Source of the DNA: Entomortierella parvispora E1425
Taxonomy: Eukaryota > Fungi > Mortierellomycota
Reading direction: 5' to 3'
DNA: 64,000 bases
Assembly (NCBI GenBank): GCA_020891255.1
Contig: BQFW01000002.1
Location: 310,001-374,000 of the forward strand
Position numbers and translations under genes: made by a program. Each line of letters opens with the position of its first letter. The stretch's first letter is position 1. Positions 24,611-35,982 of the stretch are shown here, piece by piece. The notes beneath the pieces were generated by a model, which was not told where the DNA came from, made no database searches, and saw only the letters and a program-made list of their open reading frames with translations.

Positions 24611-25989
24611 TCAAGACTCCTTGCTGGCCCTTGTCACCTTTCTAAAGAGATTGAACCGCCCTTCTTTCCGCTTCTTGGACTCTTGTTCCCGGTACTGGCC
24701 CTCGGCCTGATCTTCATAGAAACTTGGCTCAAACTGTGCCAGATGACCCTTAATCCTCTGCACATAGCCCTCCACCGCAATGCCATTGCCAAAGCTCTCC
24801 AAGAACGGTCTATGGCAATAAGGCTCCGTGTTTGCATCCAGTTCCATCAACCGCTCCCAAAGATCCTGAGCACCTCCACTTGGATACGGAAACCGGACAT
24901 AATCCATTGCAAAGACTGTTGCCGGAGGATTGGGGAGTTGGAAGCTATCCTGGATCTCACGAGCCCATCCCATCAAGGGCACACGCGATTGACTCGCGGG
25001 GAGGAGTTCCGGTGTCGCGTGCGTAAAGACAATGATGACCTTTGGCCAAAAGGCACGCGTGAACAGGTTCTGGTATGTCTGCAACGTCTGGTGAAAGGTG
25101 TTGTCATAACTGTTTAAAGAAATGAACAGAGTAAACAAAAAGAAAAAAGGGATAAGTATCATTGGCACTGTCCTCCTGCTCCTATTGTTAATCCTGCTCA
25201 AACAGACTGAGAGTCTCTCTCGTACCGATAACGTGTGCATTTGACAACAAACAAGAACGCATCGACTCCAGCGGCGACTTTGGTCAGCAAGGTCCCGAGT
25301 TCGTTCACGCGATATGGATCATGAAGTTTTCCGTTGAAAGAAGGGGTATCGATGCAATGCATGACCGGGTTGGAGGGGATATTGAGGAAATGATTCGTGG
25401 CCTTGTCCACATGCTGCGTTACCTCCTACAATGAACAAATGGTGAAAGCCATGAAGATCCGTTAGCCCAAAGAACCATAGGTGACTATCCTGCCTATTTT
25501 GATCGTCTCAGTCGCGTCGCCAGCCCTGCAGGAAGACAATCCCCGTATTTTTAGATATGAATCCTGCGAAGGGTGAGCTCGCCGTTTACTCCTGAAGGCG
25601 CAATGAAGCAAAAAAGACATACGCTGACAGAGGGCTTTGCAAGAAACATTTCCCGGCCGAGGATAGCGTTGAGGAGGGTGCTTTTTCCTAATTAGAATCC
25701 AGAATCATTGCATTTGTTCATTAGTTGGAGAGAAACCAGGGACAGGGGCCAACCCAATCCACATGTCAATGTCACATCCACAAACTCACCTTCTCCACTC
25801 TTTCCGAGAGCCACAATGGTGAACTCTCGGGCAGGAGGACTAGCCTCTTCTGGTGGTTGTTGTTGTTGGTGTTGTTGTTGGTGTTGTTGCTTTTGTTGTT
25901 GCGGTGGCTGTCGTTGCTGCTGCTGTTGTCGCTGCTGTTGTCCCTGCTGTTCCTGTAGCAAATGGTGATGGTTACTGTTGGCAGCTGGA

Positions 25990-26024
<35 letters not shown>

Positions 26025-26189
26025 ACGCTGCTGCTGCTGTTGGTACTGCTGGTAAAGCTGCTGTTGCTGGTGCTGGGTCTTTTGCTGTTGCTGTTGCTGT
26101 GGTGGCTGTGGGCTGGGTTGTCGGCCTGGTTGCGGGTATGGCTGCTGGGAGATGGGGCGCTGGGCTGGGTTGCCCTGTGCGGGGTACAT
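24611..26189 (-). CDS. AIG1/GIMAP-family GTPase with N-terminal poly-Q region, 4 exons
   Basis: Exons 26189-25790, 25687-25623, 25425-25226, 25109-24611. G1 LGKSGEGKSTLLNAILG spans intron 1; SVS|EVT, G3 IDTP, GVDAFLFVV, G4 IIVFTH are AIG1 hallmarks. Confidence 0.85.
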
Positions 26190-26402
26190 TGTCGGGATGG
26201 AAGATGGAACCTGTGCGGAGAGAGCAATGAAGAGAGGAGAGAGAAGAGACGAGAGAAGGAAGGAAAGACGGAGGAGAAAGAAAAGAGAGAAAGAAAAAAA
26301 AGGAATGAAAGTGGCGCACGAATGAGCGAATGAATCCCGAGCAGAGGAGAGGAGAGGAGAGGACGAACGCAGAGAGAGAGGGAGTCCAGAAAAGCGCATG
26401 CG

Positions 26403-26466
26403 GTCAATCAACCAAGCAGTCAATCAAGCAGTCAATCAAGCAGTCAATCAAGCCGTCAATCAAGCA
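26403..26466. repeat. 12-bp tandem repeat GTCAATCAAGCA (4 near-perfect units plus 1 degenerate)
   Basis: Units at 26419, 26431, 26443 and 26455, with a degenerate unit at 26403. Lies between the divergent AIG1 and PRL genes. Confidence 0.9.
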
Positions 26467-26717
26467 CAGCACATACAAAAACACCCCCTGGTCTTCTCGT
26501 TCTCTTCCTATCCCTCGACCTTTCTTTCTGTCCTTCTCCACCCTCACTCCATTCTTCGTCTTCTACCTCTTCCTCGTCATCGACCGTCCTCTCCACCGAG
26601 AGTGCTGCCAAGAAAGAAACAAAACAAGCAACGAAAGAAAAAACAGCAAGCACCCACACATCCACCACAGCCCCGCCCCCAAAAGTCCATTTCCACCACT
26701 GCACCCTTTTCAACCTA

Positions 26718-26748
<31 letters not shown>

Positions 26749-26918
26749 TAATTGACATTCTCTTTTTCTTCTTCTTCTCCTCCATTCGCTCCATTCACTT
26801 CACCGCACTCGCATCGTCCCTTTCATTCCTTTTCTTCTTCTTTCTCTTCTTCTTTCTCTTCTTCTTTCTCTTTTGATTCTACTCCGCACACACACACACC
26901 TCATCCACCACGACAATC

Positions 26919-28139
26919 ATGCCCAGGGTCAGCATCAGCCCCATTAAAGTGGGCCAGCTCAGCTTTCTCATCCTCGACTGTCCATCGGACACCACCTTGC
27001 CTGCGTACCTGCCTGTCCTCGAGGACCACTCTGTCACCGATGTTGTTCGTATCTGCGAAGGCAGCCCGTACGATCCAAAGCCCTTGACGGACCTGAACAT
27101 CCAGGTCCACGACAACATGTACGGCCTGTTTGGTTTATCCTTTTCCTTTTTTTTTTTGCGTTCCCCAAAACAATTATTCTCTCGCTTAAACATCTGTGCC
27201 CAACAGCCGCATACAGGATCATTTTGTCGCGTGGTGAAAGTGGGGCTGTACAATGATTGCGGTCAAGGATCATCTCCCTCGCTGTTGTTGTTCTTGTTGT
27301 TCTCTGCACGTCTGGTCGATTTTTTTTTGTTCTTTTGTTAACAATCAGCCGTCCACAATAGGAAATTTCAAGATGGCACTGCCCCCGGCAAGGATGTGGT
27401 GGCCCGATGGCTTGAGCTCAATGACGAAGTCTTTTTCAACTCTGCTGGACGGGAACGAAGCATCGCCGTCCATTGTGTCTCTGGGATAGGGAGAGCTCCG
27501 GTAAGCGACTTGGCACTGGCGATCCATTTCATGGAGGTATGATTCAGTCGTTCTATTTGGTGGCGTCATTGTTATTAATTCCCTCTGTGGGTTCATATGT
27601 ATCCATAGGTTCTTGTTGCTATATCCTTGGTCGAAGGCGGAATGGATCCACTGGTATGATGCAGACTTTTTTTCTGCTTGGAGACTGCTGCGGATCAAAT
27701 TGTAAAGGGTTGTTTTTTCTGCGGCATGAAGACTCAGTGTTTTGTTTGCGTTTCTTTAGGATGCCATTGCGTACATTCGCAAAGTCAGACGAGGTGCCCT
27801 CAACCGATCTCAAATTGCCTTCCTGGACAGGTAAAGTCTTTTTTTTTTTTTTCTTTGTTCTGCTGTTCACTTCAATTGATGATCTTTATCCATGATGATC
27901 GGCAGAGTTCTTTACTAACCTGTGGTTAATTCCATAGCTACAAGAAGCGGAAACAAGGGTTTGGGTCTTCCAAAAAGACGTCGAGTAGTAAAGGGAACGG
28001 TACCCTTGGCAGCACCCCCACGTCCAGCACAGCTGCATCCAAGGGCCTCTCCAATCCCAGCGACAAGGCATCAGAGTCAGGGCCCCAGATCGAGAAGAAG
28101 AAGAGCGGGTTCATATCCAAGATGTTTGGCAAGAAATGA
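26919..28139 (+). CDS. PRL/PTP4A-like dual-specificity phosphatase, 5 exons
   Basis: Exons 26919-27118, 27362-27500, 27609-27653, 27760-27830, 27938-28139. FLILDCP, VVRICE, FQDGTAP, active site VHCVSGIGRAP (PRL consensus VHCVAGLGRAP), IRKVRRGALN. Confidence 0.9.
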
Positions 28140-28487
28140 TTCTAAATAAATTATTCTAGGACCATAAGTCTGGATAAAATCATAAAAACATAAAAACGAT
28201 GGAATAGAAAGTAAAAAAAGACGGAGTAAAGTAATCGAGACCGACAGGACAGACAGAGAGGACAACCAAGAGAGAGAAAGAAGGGAAAGAGAGAAAACAG
28301 ACAGAAACCAATCCCATTCCACCCACTCGACAACAAAGTCGGCGGCCGCGAACCGGTTTGTTGCCTTGGTTTGTCTGCTCCCTTTGGGCGCGTCGGGGTG
28401 TCGATTCTCCGCCTTCTTTGCTTCCGTTCTTCCGTGTCCCCCTTCGTTCGTTCCATCCCTGGCTTCGTGTTCGCTTCCTCTCTCCTC

Positions 28488-28491
<4 letters not shown>

Positions 28492-28563
<72 letters not shown>
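28492..28563. repeat. (TC)n microsatellite, about 36 units
   Basis: Perfect TC run upstream of the CP2/Grainyhead gene. Confidence 0.95.
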
Positions 28564-28572
<9 letters not shown>

Positions 28573-28981
28573 CTCTTCCTTCTGCTTCGCCTCCATTCTC
28601 CTCCCCCCTCAATCCCTTTTTCAATCGTCTCATCTTCTCGCCATTGTTCCTCGTCCCTTGCCGCTCTGTTTGCATTCCCACGCTGGCCATCTCGTCCTAG
28701 CAGCGAGCCCGGGATCTCTCATCTGTGCCTCCTCCTCCCACCCCCTGACTTCCTTCGACTCTACTCTCATTCTCTTTTTTTTCCTGCGGGCTCAATCACT
28801 TGTTGAATACCCTCTTATCTCTTCTTGAGGAACTCGCTCATCTCGACATCCTTCTCCACACCTCATCACTTCTATTATTTTTTTTATTTTTTTGCGCCCT
28901 CCCTCGGTTTTTTTTTGCTACCTCTTTCCACCTCTTTTTTGATACCCCCCCTCCCCAAACCCGAAATATCCTGTACAGGGC

Positions 28982-31770
28982 ATGAATCGCAACAACCACC
29001 AGCAACAACACCACCCCAACCAGCAGCAGCAACATTTGCAGCAGCAATCAGGACCACAGTATCAGCGAGGTTCATCCCCCCCTGGCTCTTACTCCAACAA
29101 CTACAACAACAGCTATAACAATATGCATTACCAGCAATACCAACAACCGCAGCATCAGCAGCAGCAACAGCAACAGCGCCAACAACATTCGCAGCCGCAA
29201 CAGTATGGCGGCAACTCGTATGGAGGCAATGACCAGAATGGACAAACCCAACATGGAGGGTCTCAGCAACATCAACAACACCAACAGCACCAGTTGCAGC
29301 AGCAACACCATCAGCAGCAACAAAATAACCCGCAAGAGCAACAGCGTCAACAGCAGCATCAGCAACAACAACAGCAAAAGGGCGGTGGACAGGCTGCCCA
29401 GGATCGGAGCACTGCTTCCGTGTCGGATGGAGGTTCTTCTCCGCCTCGGTCAGAAGTAGAGGGATCCAAGTAAGTTGGACAAATCTTTCCATTCCTTTTT
29501 TTTTTCTTGTTCCTTTTACGTCTTTTCTTTGTCTTTCTTTCATTCCGTGGTTTAAAAAAAGATGAAAAGAACACAATGACCAACACCCTGGTTTCTTTTT
29601 TTTTTTCCATCGTTTCTGTTCATCTCGTATTAGCTTGCGTTTCAAGATTACACTCGAAGCCCAGACTGCAGCCATGCAGCGGCAAGAGGAGACCCCAGTG
29701 ACGTATTTGAACAAAGGTACGCCTGTTTTTTTTTCTTCTCCCTTTGTCCATGGTGCATTGGCAGAAAAGAGTTCCCGACTCTCCTTCGTCTCTTGCTCTT
29801 TTTGCTCTTCTTGGAAGGGAGTTACCATGAAATTTTGTTTGTACACCCATCCAGGGACCATGTGTGAATCATCGCCATTGTCCTCTTTTCGGCGAACGGA
29901 AACAACAAAGCAGGCTCCTGTCCATGAATCTCTCCATTCCTCCCTTGCCTTTGTGTTCTGCGCTAGTGCGACTGCCGTTTTGTCTGCATTGGATCTGGAT
30001 CTAGATCTGAAAATGAAAAAAAAAAAAAAGAAACGACCAACTTTCGCCACTTCGCAAGTCTTTCAATTTCAACTCATCTCCCTCTTTTTTTTTCCTTTTA
30101 CAATCCTCTTCTAGGACAATTCTATACCGTGGCATTGGAAGACAGCGAACAATACGATGGAGACATTACCAGTGTGATAAAGGTGACCTTCCACGATGCT
30201 TCCCATCGGCGTTTGGCAGCCCCTTACTGGAGCTTCTGGTTGAGTCAGCAGGCGAATCCCAAAACCGCCAGGGCCTTGGATATTGGTAAGATGCCCCCCC
30301 TCTTCTCCGCCTTTTCCCTATACCAAAAGATCTATTTCTTTGAATTTTCGTCTAATATTTTTTTTTTTTTTGTCTTTTTTTTTTTTTCTGATGAACAAAT
30401 AGAGAGGGCGTCCTCCAGTGGCATGATGGAGGTGCAATCCAAGACGTTTGACCGGATCTCATTTAAATGGAACGGAAAGACGGGCGCCAAACTGATGGTC
30501 CGATTCAACTGTCTCTCGACCGATTTCTCCAGGATTAAAGGTGTCAAGGGCATTCCTTTGCGCGTTCACATGGACACCATCTTGGACGGGATCGGCGGCA
30601 GTCATTCCAGCAGTGCCAGCAAGAATCATAATAATACTTCAGAGGACCAACAAGGACAGTCGATAGAAAGATCTTTTGCCAAGATCAAGCTCTTCCGCGA
30701 CAAGGTAAAAAAAAACCTGGAATAATTTTAGTAGTTATTAATCGCAAGAAACCTCGATTTATTAATAATTAATCATTTTGACCCAAAAAAATATTAATTA
30801 TTTATTCTTCCTTATTTTTTTACAAACAAAACTTGAACAACTCACTCTTTTCTGTTTGCGGGTGACCAAATAGGGAGCGGAGCGCAAGAACAAGGACGAC
30901 CATAAACACCTCGAAAAGATGTGGGACAAGATGCGGGGCAAGAACGCTGATACCAACCCTCTTGTGAATATGTTGGCTCCTGTTCAGAGTGTATCCCTGT
31001 TCACAGAATGTATGGACCATCCAGAGGGATCCGGCGAGGACGAAACCTTGGACCTCTCAGAGACTCTGGCACTGGACTCTGAGGCTGACAACGGTAATGG
31101 AGATGACAACAACAGTGCAGGCGACAGGGGATCCTCTCACTCTACAAGGGGTGGTTCTGAGAACCGACTGGCATCACCTGCCTCTGGTGGTGGGGGTGGA
31201 GGCGGCGGCGGTGGAGACTCTGTCTCCTCCTCTAGCTCTTTGCAACATCAGTCAACAACGGCCTCCAAGAAGAGACGTCGCGCAACGGCCGACCAGGGTG
31301 ACAATGGACATGGACGTTCGGGATATGGTCAACAACAGCCTCAGCAAGGGGACTATGGACAGGTTGGATTCCCCTTGTCATCTTCTGGCGGCGCCACGTC
31401 CACCGGTGGTGAGGGACCCGCCGGTTCCACAGAGCTGTTTTTGGACCGGGATCCCAACTATGTGCCGACGACGGTGTCCCGCAAACGCCGGCCGGTGCTG
31501 TGTCTGTACATCAAGATTGGCGGCGAGACGGTGTACAGGGCCGTGTACCTGGAAAAGTTTACGCTCGCAGACCTGATCCAAAAACTGTCCGAGAAGCTCG
31601 AGATCCAGTCGTCGACGATCTCGTGTGTGTACCGAAAGACCAACAAGAAGGAGCTCATGGTCCGGATGGACGATGCCATGGTCGCGCAAATGAGCGATGA
31701 ACTCGATATGATTGTGGACTATGAGTTTAATCAGTTGGATGGAAGTGTCAACTTGACGCTCAAGTATTGA
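28982..31770 (+). CDS. CP2/LSF/Grainyhead-like transcription factor, 5 exons
   Basis: Exons 28982-29469, 29634-29716, 30115-30285, 30403-30704, 30874-31770. PVTYLNKGQFY, FNCLSTDFSRIKGVKGIPLR, KIKLFRDKGAERK, and C-terminal domain PVLCLYI...YRAVYL...MDDAMV. Q/N-rich N-terminus. Confidence 0.92.
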
Positions 31771-32816
31771 GAAAAGAAAAACAGAAAGAGGAAAACGAGT
31801 GAGGAAAAGTCAGAGAAGAAAGAAGGAAAATAAAAACTGGCAGGATCAGAAACAAGACAGCGCCTTCGCCCCATTCCAAACAGCCACACCAACAGAAATA
31901 TATAAAAAAAATACTTGTAAACACATTGTCGCCTACTGCTCGCGATGTGTCGTCAGATCCAACAAGTTCGACTGTTTTCCACGTCATGTCTCTGGAGCTA
32001 TCTTCATCAATAACTGCTTTGATCGGCGCAACAAGCCCCTGACGCGAGCTGTCGTCAACAAAAGAGGAATGAGGTTCTCTGACCACCGTACCACCTAACC
32101 CTCCCCCCCTCCCTCCCTCTCTCTCTCTCTCTCTGCGATGCTTGGAGACAACTCCTGAAAGATATGATACAGTTTTTATTTCAATTTCTTTGTGGTTATG
32201 ATTGTTTTAGTTGTTTTTTTTAAAAAAAGGTTTTTCTAGTTGTTTTTTTGAAGGAGGGAAGGGTGATTGGAAAGAGTTGAGAACAAAAAGATCCAGTCAG
32301 ATCCAGTCAGATCCAGACCAGACCGACCATAATGGCTCCGCGTCACAACGTTTTTTTTTTCTTGTTTTTTGTTGTATGTTTTGTGTTGGTTGCGTGCGGC
32401 GACTCCATGAAGGCAGGAACAGTCAGGAATGTAGAAGGGGGGGTCCAGAGGGTATGGTGGGTGTAGGCTTCGATTGATGGGGCGGGCGTTAAAAGAAATG
32501 ATGAATCGTTACATCGGCCGGGGGTGGTGGGGGGGTAGACAAAGAGTTTAGAAAGAAAGAAAAAATAAAAAGCGTAGCACAAGAATGAGGGTTGAAGTGG
32601 GCGAAAGAGAGTCGAAGGAGGAGGAGGAGGAAGAGAGGGTAAGAGAGAGCGGTTGAAGAACTCACAAAAAAGATCCAGCTTTTGGTTGTGAACAAAGGGC
32701 GACAAATGCTTTAAAGGGCAAGGACTGAAAGAGAAAAAAAAGAGAAGCAAAGAGAAAACAAGGCAAAGACAATGAAAAAAAAAACAAAAAGAAGGACAGA
32801 TAATTGATCCTTCCCT

Positions 32817-34411
32817 CTAGTTCTTGGATATCCTGATGTTCAACAGCTCTTCGCTCTCCTTCTCTGACAGTATTGGTCCATTGGAGGATGTCTGGGGGAA
32901 TGCTGGTGTTGGGGGTCGCATCCGTTGAGCCTTCTCACGGAGATCGACATAGCTATTTGTTCAATCAGTCAAATTTGTGAGTCCATAGTTCAAATACTAC
33001 AGACTTAATGCACGTCTCAAAGCTGTTCAAGGTCTTTGATCCTTACCTGTAGCATGCTCCTCCAAGCAAAGTCATGATGATTCCCAGTCCGTTCAAGAAA
33101 CCAATGGTGGTGTTGAAGACGGTAACAGCGACAACAATGGACAAGACTTGCTTGACGTTGGCAGCCACCGTCATGGTGAGGGCACTGGTCTTCTTGTTGG
33201 CGGTGAATGAGACGTAGTTGAGGAAGAAGGCAATGATACCATTGACCAGCAGAGCCAAAACCAACTTTGTGCTCATCTCCGTCTTGCAAAATGAAACGAC
33301 CTCGTCCAACTCGCCCTTCATCCACGAAAAGATGACAGTCTGTACAAAGGCCAAAGGACTCATACGGAGAAGCAAGTCGAGGGGGTGGAGCTGAAGACGG
33401 CCGATCTGGATTCTGTTTGTGACCACAGTCTTGACAGCGGCGAGAACTGTTCCAAGGACCGTGAGGAAGAAACCCATGGCGGTGTAGGAGTAATCGCCAA
33501 CAGTGGCCATGTAGACTCCCAAGAGCAAGGGCAACAAGGAGAGGTAGGTCATTGCACTATACCTCTTGCCGAGAAAGAGGATCGAGATAGCAATGGTGAA
33601 GACTGGTGTCATGGCCCGCACGACTTGATGGAAAGCGACAGACACTTCGTTTCTGTTTCAGGTCGGAAGTCAAGTGGAGGAAATTGAGAGTGTATTGTTA
33701 GCTCAGCGTATGAGTTGCAATGGTCAGTCCCCAGCGTAGAATGTCTCTGTTGCTTGCGAATCCAACACAGGAATATATCCTATTGTCACCGTCGTAGTTG
33801 CCACTGTTCCATTCCATGTCCGCGAGTTCATTTTCCCTTGCACTTTAGCCGTAACCACCATGACCCACTGATAACTGACAGTGCGTTATCAGTTGACGTC
33901 CAACATCATTTGTCCTGCATGTTTTCCGTTTGCTTTCCGGTAACTTGCAAATCCATTCTTCCTGTCTGCAAGAGCAGCTGATGCCCTGACAAGCACCTCA
34001 TTCCCCAGGCTAGAGGCCCGCAATCATTGAATAGGGGTAGGGCAAGGGGTAATGGCAGTAAACAGTTCAAAAAACTTACAGTGACACGTTGCTGATGGCG
34101 ATGTTGAGAGTGTAGAGGAACGAGAACATGAGCATGACCATATTTTCATGCTCGCCCAGCTGTGCTGGTGTGAAATAGCCCATCTTGGCCATGACGAGGG
34201 CTCCGACTCCTGAGCAAAAGGTGTGGATACCAGTCAATGTCCAGGGATAACTGAAGCGAAAAGAGCTCAGAATGGCCTTGTTATAGATGGTGAGAGTAAG
34301 GTTGAGCATGAAGTACACGGCCAACCACGAGTACGACGTGTCGACCTTGCCTGGCCTGCTGGGGGGTCCACCAGCAAGCTGTAGAGGGTGAGGTCTGTCT
34401 TTTCCAATCAT
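32817..34411 (-). CDS. Triose-phosphate/nucleotide-sugar transporter (TPT, SLC35-like DMT family)
   Basis: Exons 34411-34080, 33652-33047, 32952-32817. Multi-TM with TIYNKAIL, FSYPWTLTGIH, LYTLNIAISNVSL, AAVKTVVTN, NKKTSALTMTVAANVKQV. Confidence 0.88.
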
Positions 34412-34551
34412 TTGGGCGTGTGTATTGAGGGTTCCTGGGCAACGGGATTGGAGGGCTGCTTCCTGTCGGTCTTTGAGGGTGTGTCGATGAGGTGATGTCC
34501 TTTGTGGATGAGAGAGAATGGGAACAGCCAGGCTATAAATACAACGCTGAT

Positions 34552-34691
34552 CTGTTGGCGGGGAAAGAGATTACGTCAAGAAAAGGCGAGCGAGAATCTA
34601 AAGAGAAGCGATGAGGAACGGGAATGTAAAGAAAAGAAGTGCTTGGTCAGTTCATGGGTCCATGTGCTATTCCAGGGGTGGAGTTGCTGTC

Positions 34692-34732
<41 letters not shown>

Positions 34733-35982
34733 GCAGCAAAGCAGCACTCTTCTCAGCAACCACACGTTACAGTGAAAGGAACGGGGAGAGTGCAAGGAGG
34801 AGGAATATATAAAAAGAACAGGGAGAGAGAGAAAGAGAGAAAGAGAAAGAGAAGGGGCTGGGGTCGTGCAATAATGAGTGGGTGTAGTTGACGAGAAAGG
34901 AAGAAGGGAAGAAGGGCGGATGAACGGAGAGAAGGAGTGATGCAGAAGGATGGATGAATGGATGGATGGATGGATGGAATGAGATGATGAGCGAGAAAGA
35001 GAGAAAGAGAGAAAGAATGAGCATACGAACGAAACGAACGAAACGAACGAAGCAACAACAACAACCACCGCAACCCAACCCAAAAATGAACCCAACCCGA
35101 CCCAACCGCGAAAAATGTTCCTTTTTGTCCTCTTCTCTGATTCGAGCAAAGAACACAGGGGACCTGGACTCTCTCTTCTTTGTTGTTCCTGGCCCGGCTG
35201 TTTGTCTCTTGACCTGTTGGTCTGTTCGGTCTGTCTCCAAGCTCTGTGCGTTGCATTCGACCCTCTGTCTGTCGCAAGGCAGTTGTCTGTCTTTGTCACT
35301 CTCCACCCTCTGCCCTTCCCGCCCTTCTTCTCTCTCGTACCCCACTTTGGGTCACTGCCGACTATTTCAGGCTAGGAGCCCCAGCCCTGCTCCACGCCTA
35401 ATGGCCGATTGCTTTTGATTGCCTCTGCCCTCTGCTGTGTGTCTTTGTCCTGCCATTGTCCATTGCTGTCCGTCTTGGGTCGACCCACTCCCACCACCAC
35501 CATCACCACCACCTTGTGCGCCTGCTCCTGCTGTTTGTCTTTCAACGGCTAAAAGCTGGGCTGGATCTTCTTTGATGCGGAGAAGACAAGGGACCTGGCT
35601 GGCTGATTGTCGGATTTGGCATTTGATCTTGTTCTCCGCCGACGGCCCCTGAGTGGCTGGACTTGGGATTGTCCGAGATCCCTGGACCGTTATTTCAGGT
35701 TCAGGTCCAGTCCCTGTCCCGTGTCTCTGATCCCTGTCTGATGTAATCACAATCACTCCAGTGCACCAAAAGGTGGACACTTTTCTGTGGTGCAGTGCAC
35801 TTTGCCACCAGAAATGTGTGAATGTGCGCATGGTGGTGCGTAGGTGGGATCCCATCTACTGCACCACATACCACACTCTCCCTCGTGCCCACAGACTCTT
35901 GCACGTTCTCACAGTGAAGAAGGAAAGGAAAAGAATGAAAAGGAACGAGCGAGAGAGAGCAAGCGATCGATCTACAACTTAC
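34552..35982 (-). promoter_or_regulatory. Probable ~1.4-kb 5'-UTR intron of the TPT gene
   Basis: On the minus strand: CT-rich leader at about 36260-35990, perfect donor GTG|GTAAGT at 35982, acceptor CAACAG at 34552. The first ATG after the acceptor (34411) is in frame with TPT. Confidence 0.45.
34691..34732. repeat. (CAA)14 microsatellite
   Basis: Perfect trinucleotide run, non-coding, inside the putative TPT 5'-UTR intron. Confidence 0.95.

Noticed and set aside
25708-26407. Several long alternative-frame and antisense ORFs (poly-L, poly-V/A, poly-C, poly-S/N)
   Set aside because: Shadows of CAG/CAA repeats in the AIG1 exon. The same applies to ORF-track entries over other Q-rich genes and CT/AG microsatellites.
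35761-35800. Small hairpin TGCACCA...TGGTGCA flanked by two GTGCAC palindromes
   Set aside because: Only a 7-bp perfect stem, no known RNA family resemblance, expected by chance in 64 kb.
35367-35855. 162-aa minus-strand ORF
   Set aside because: No recognisable domain, and it lies in the putative TPT leader intron; mentioned only as a conditional uORF.
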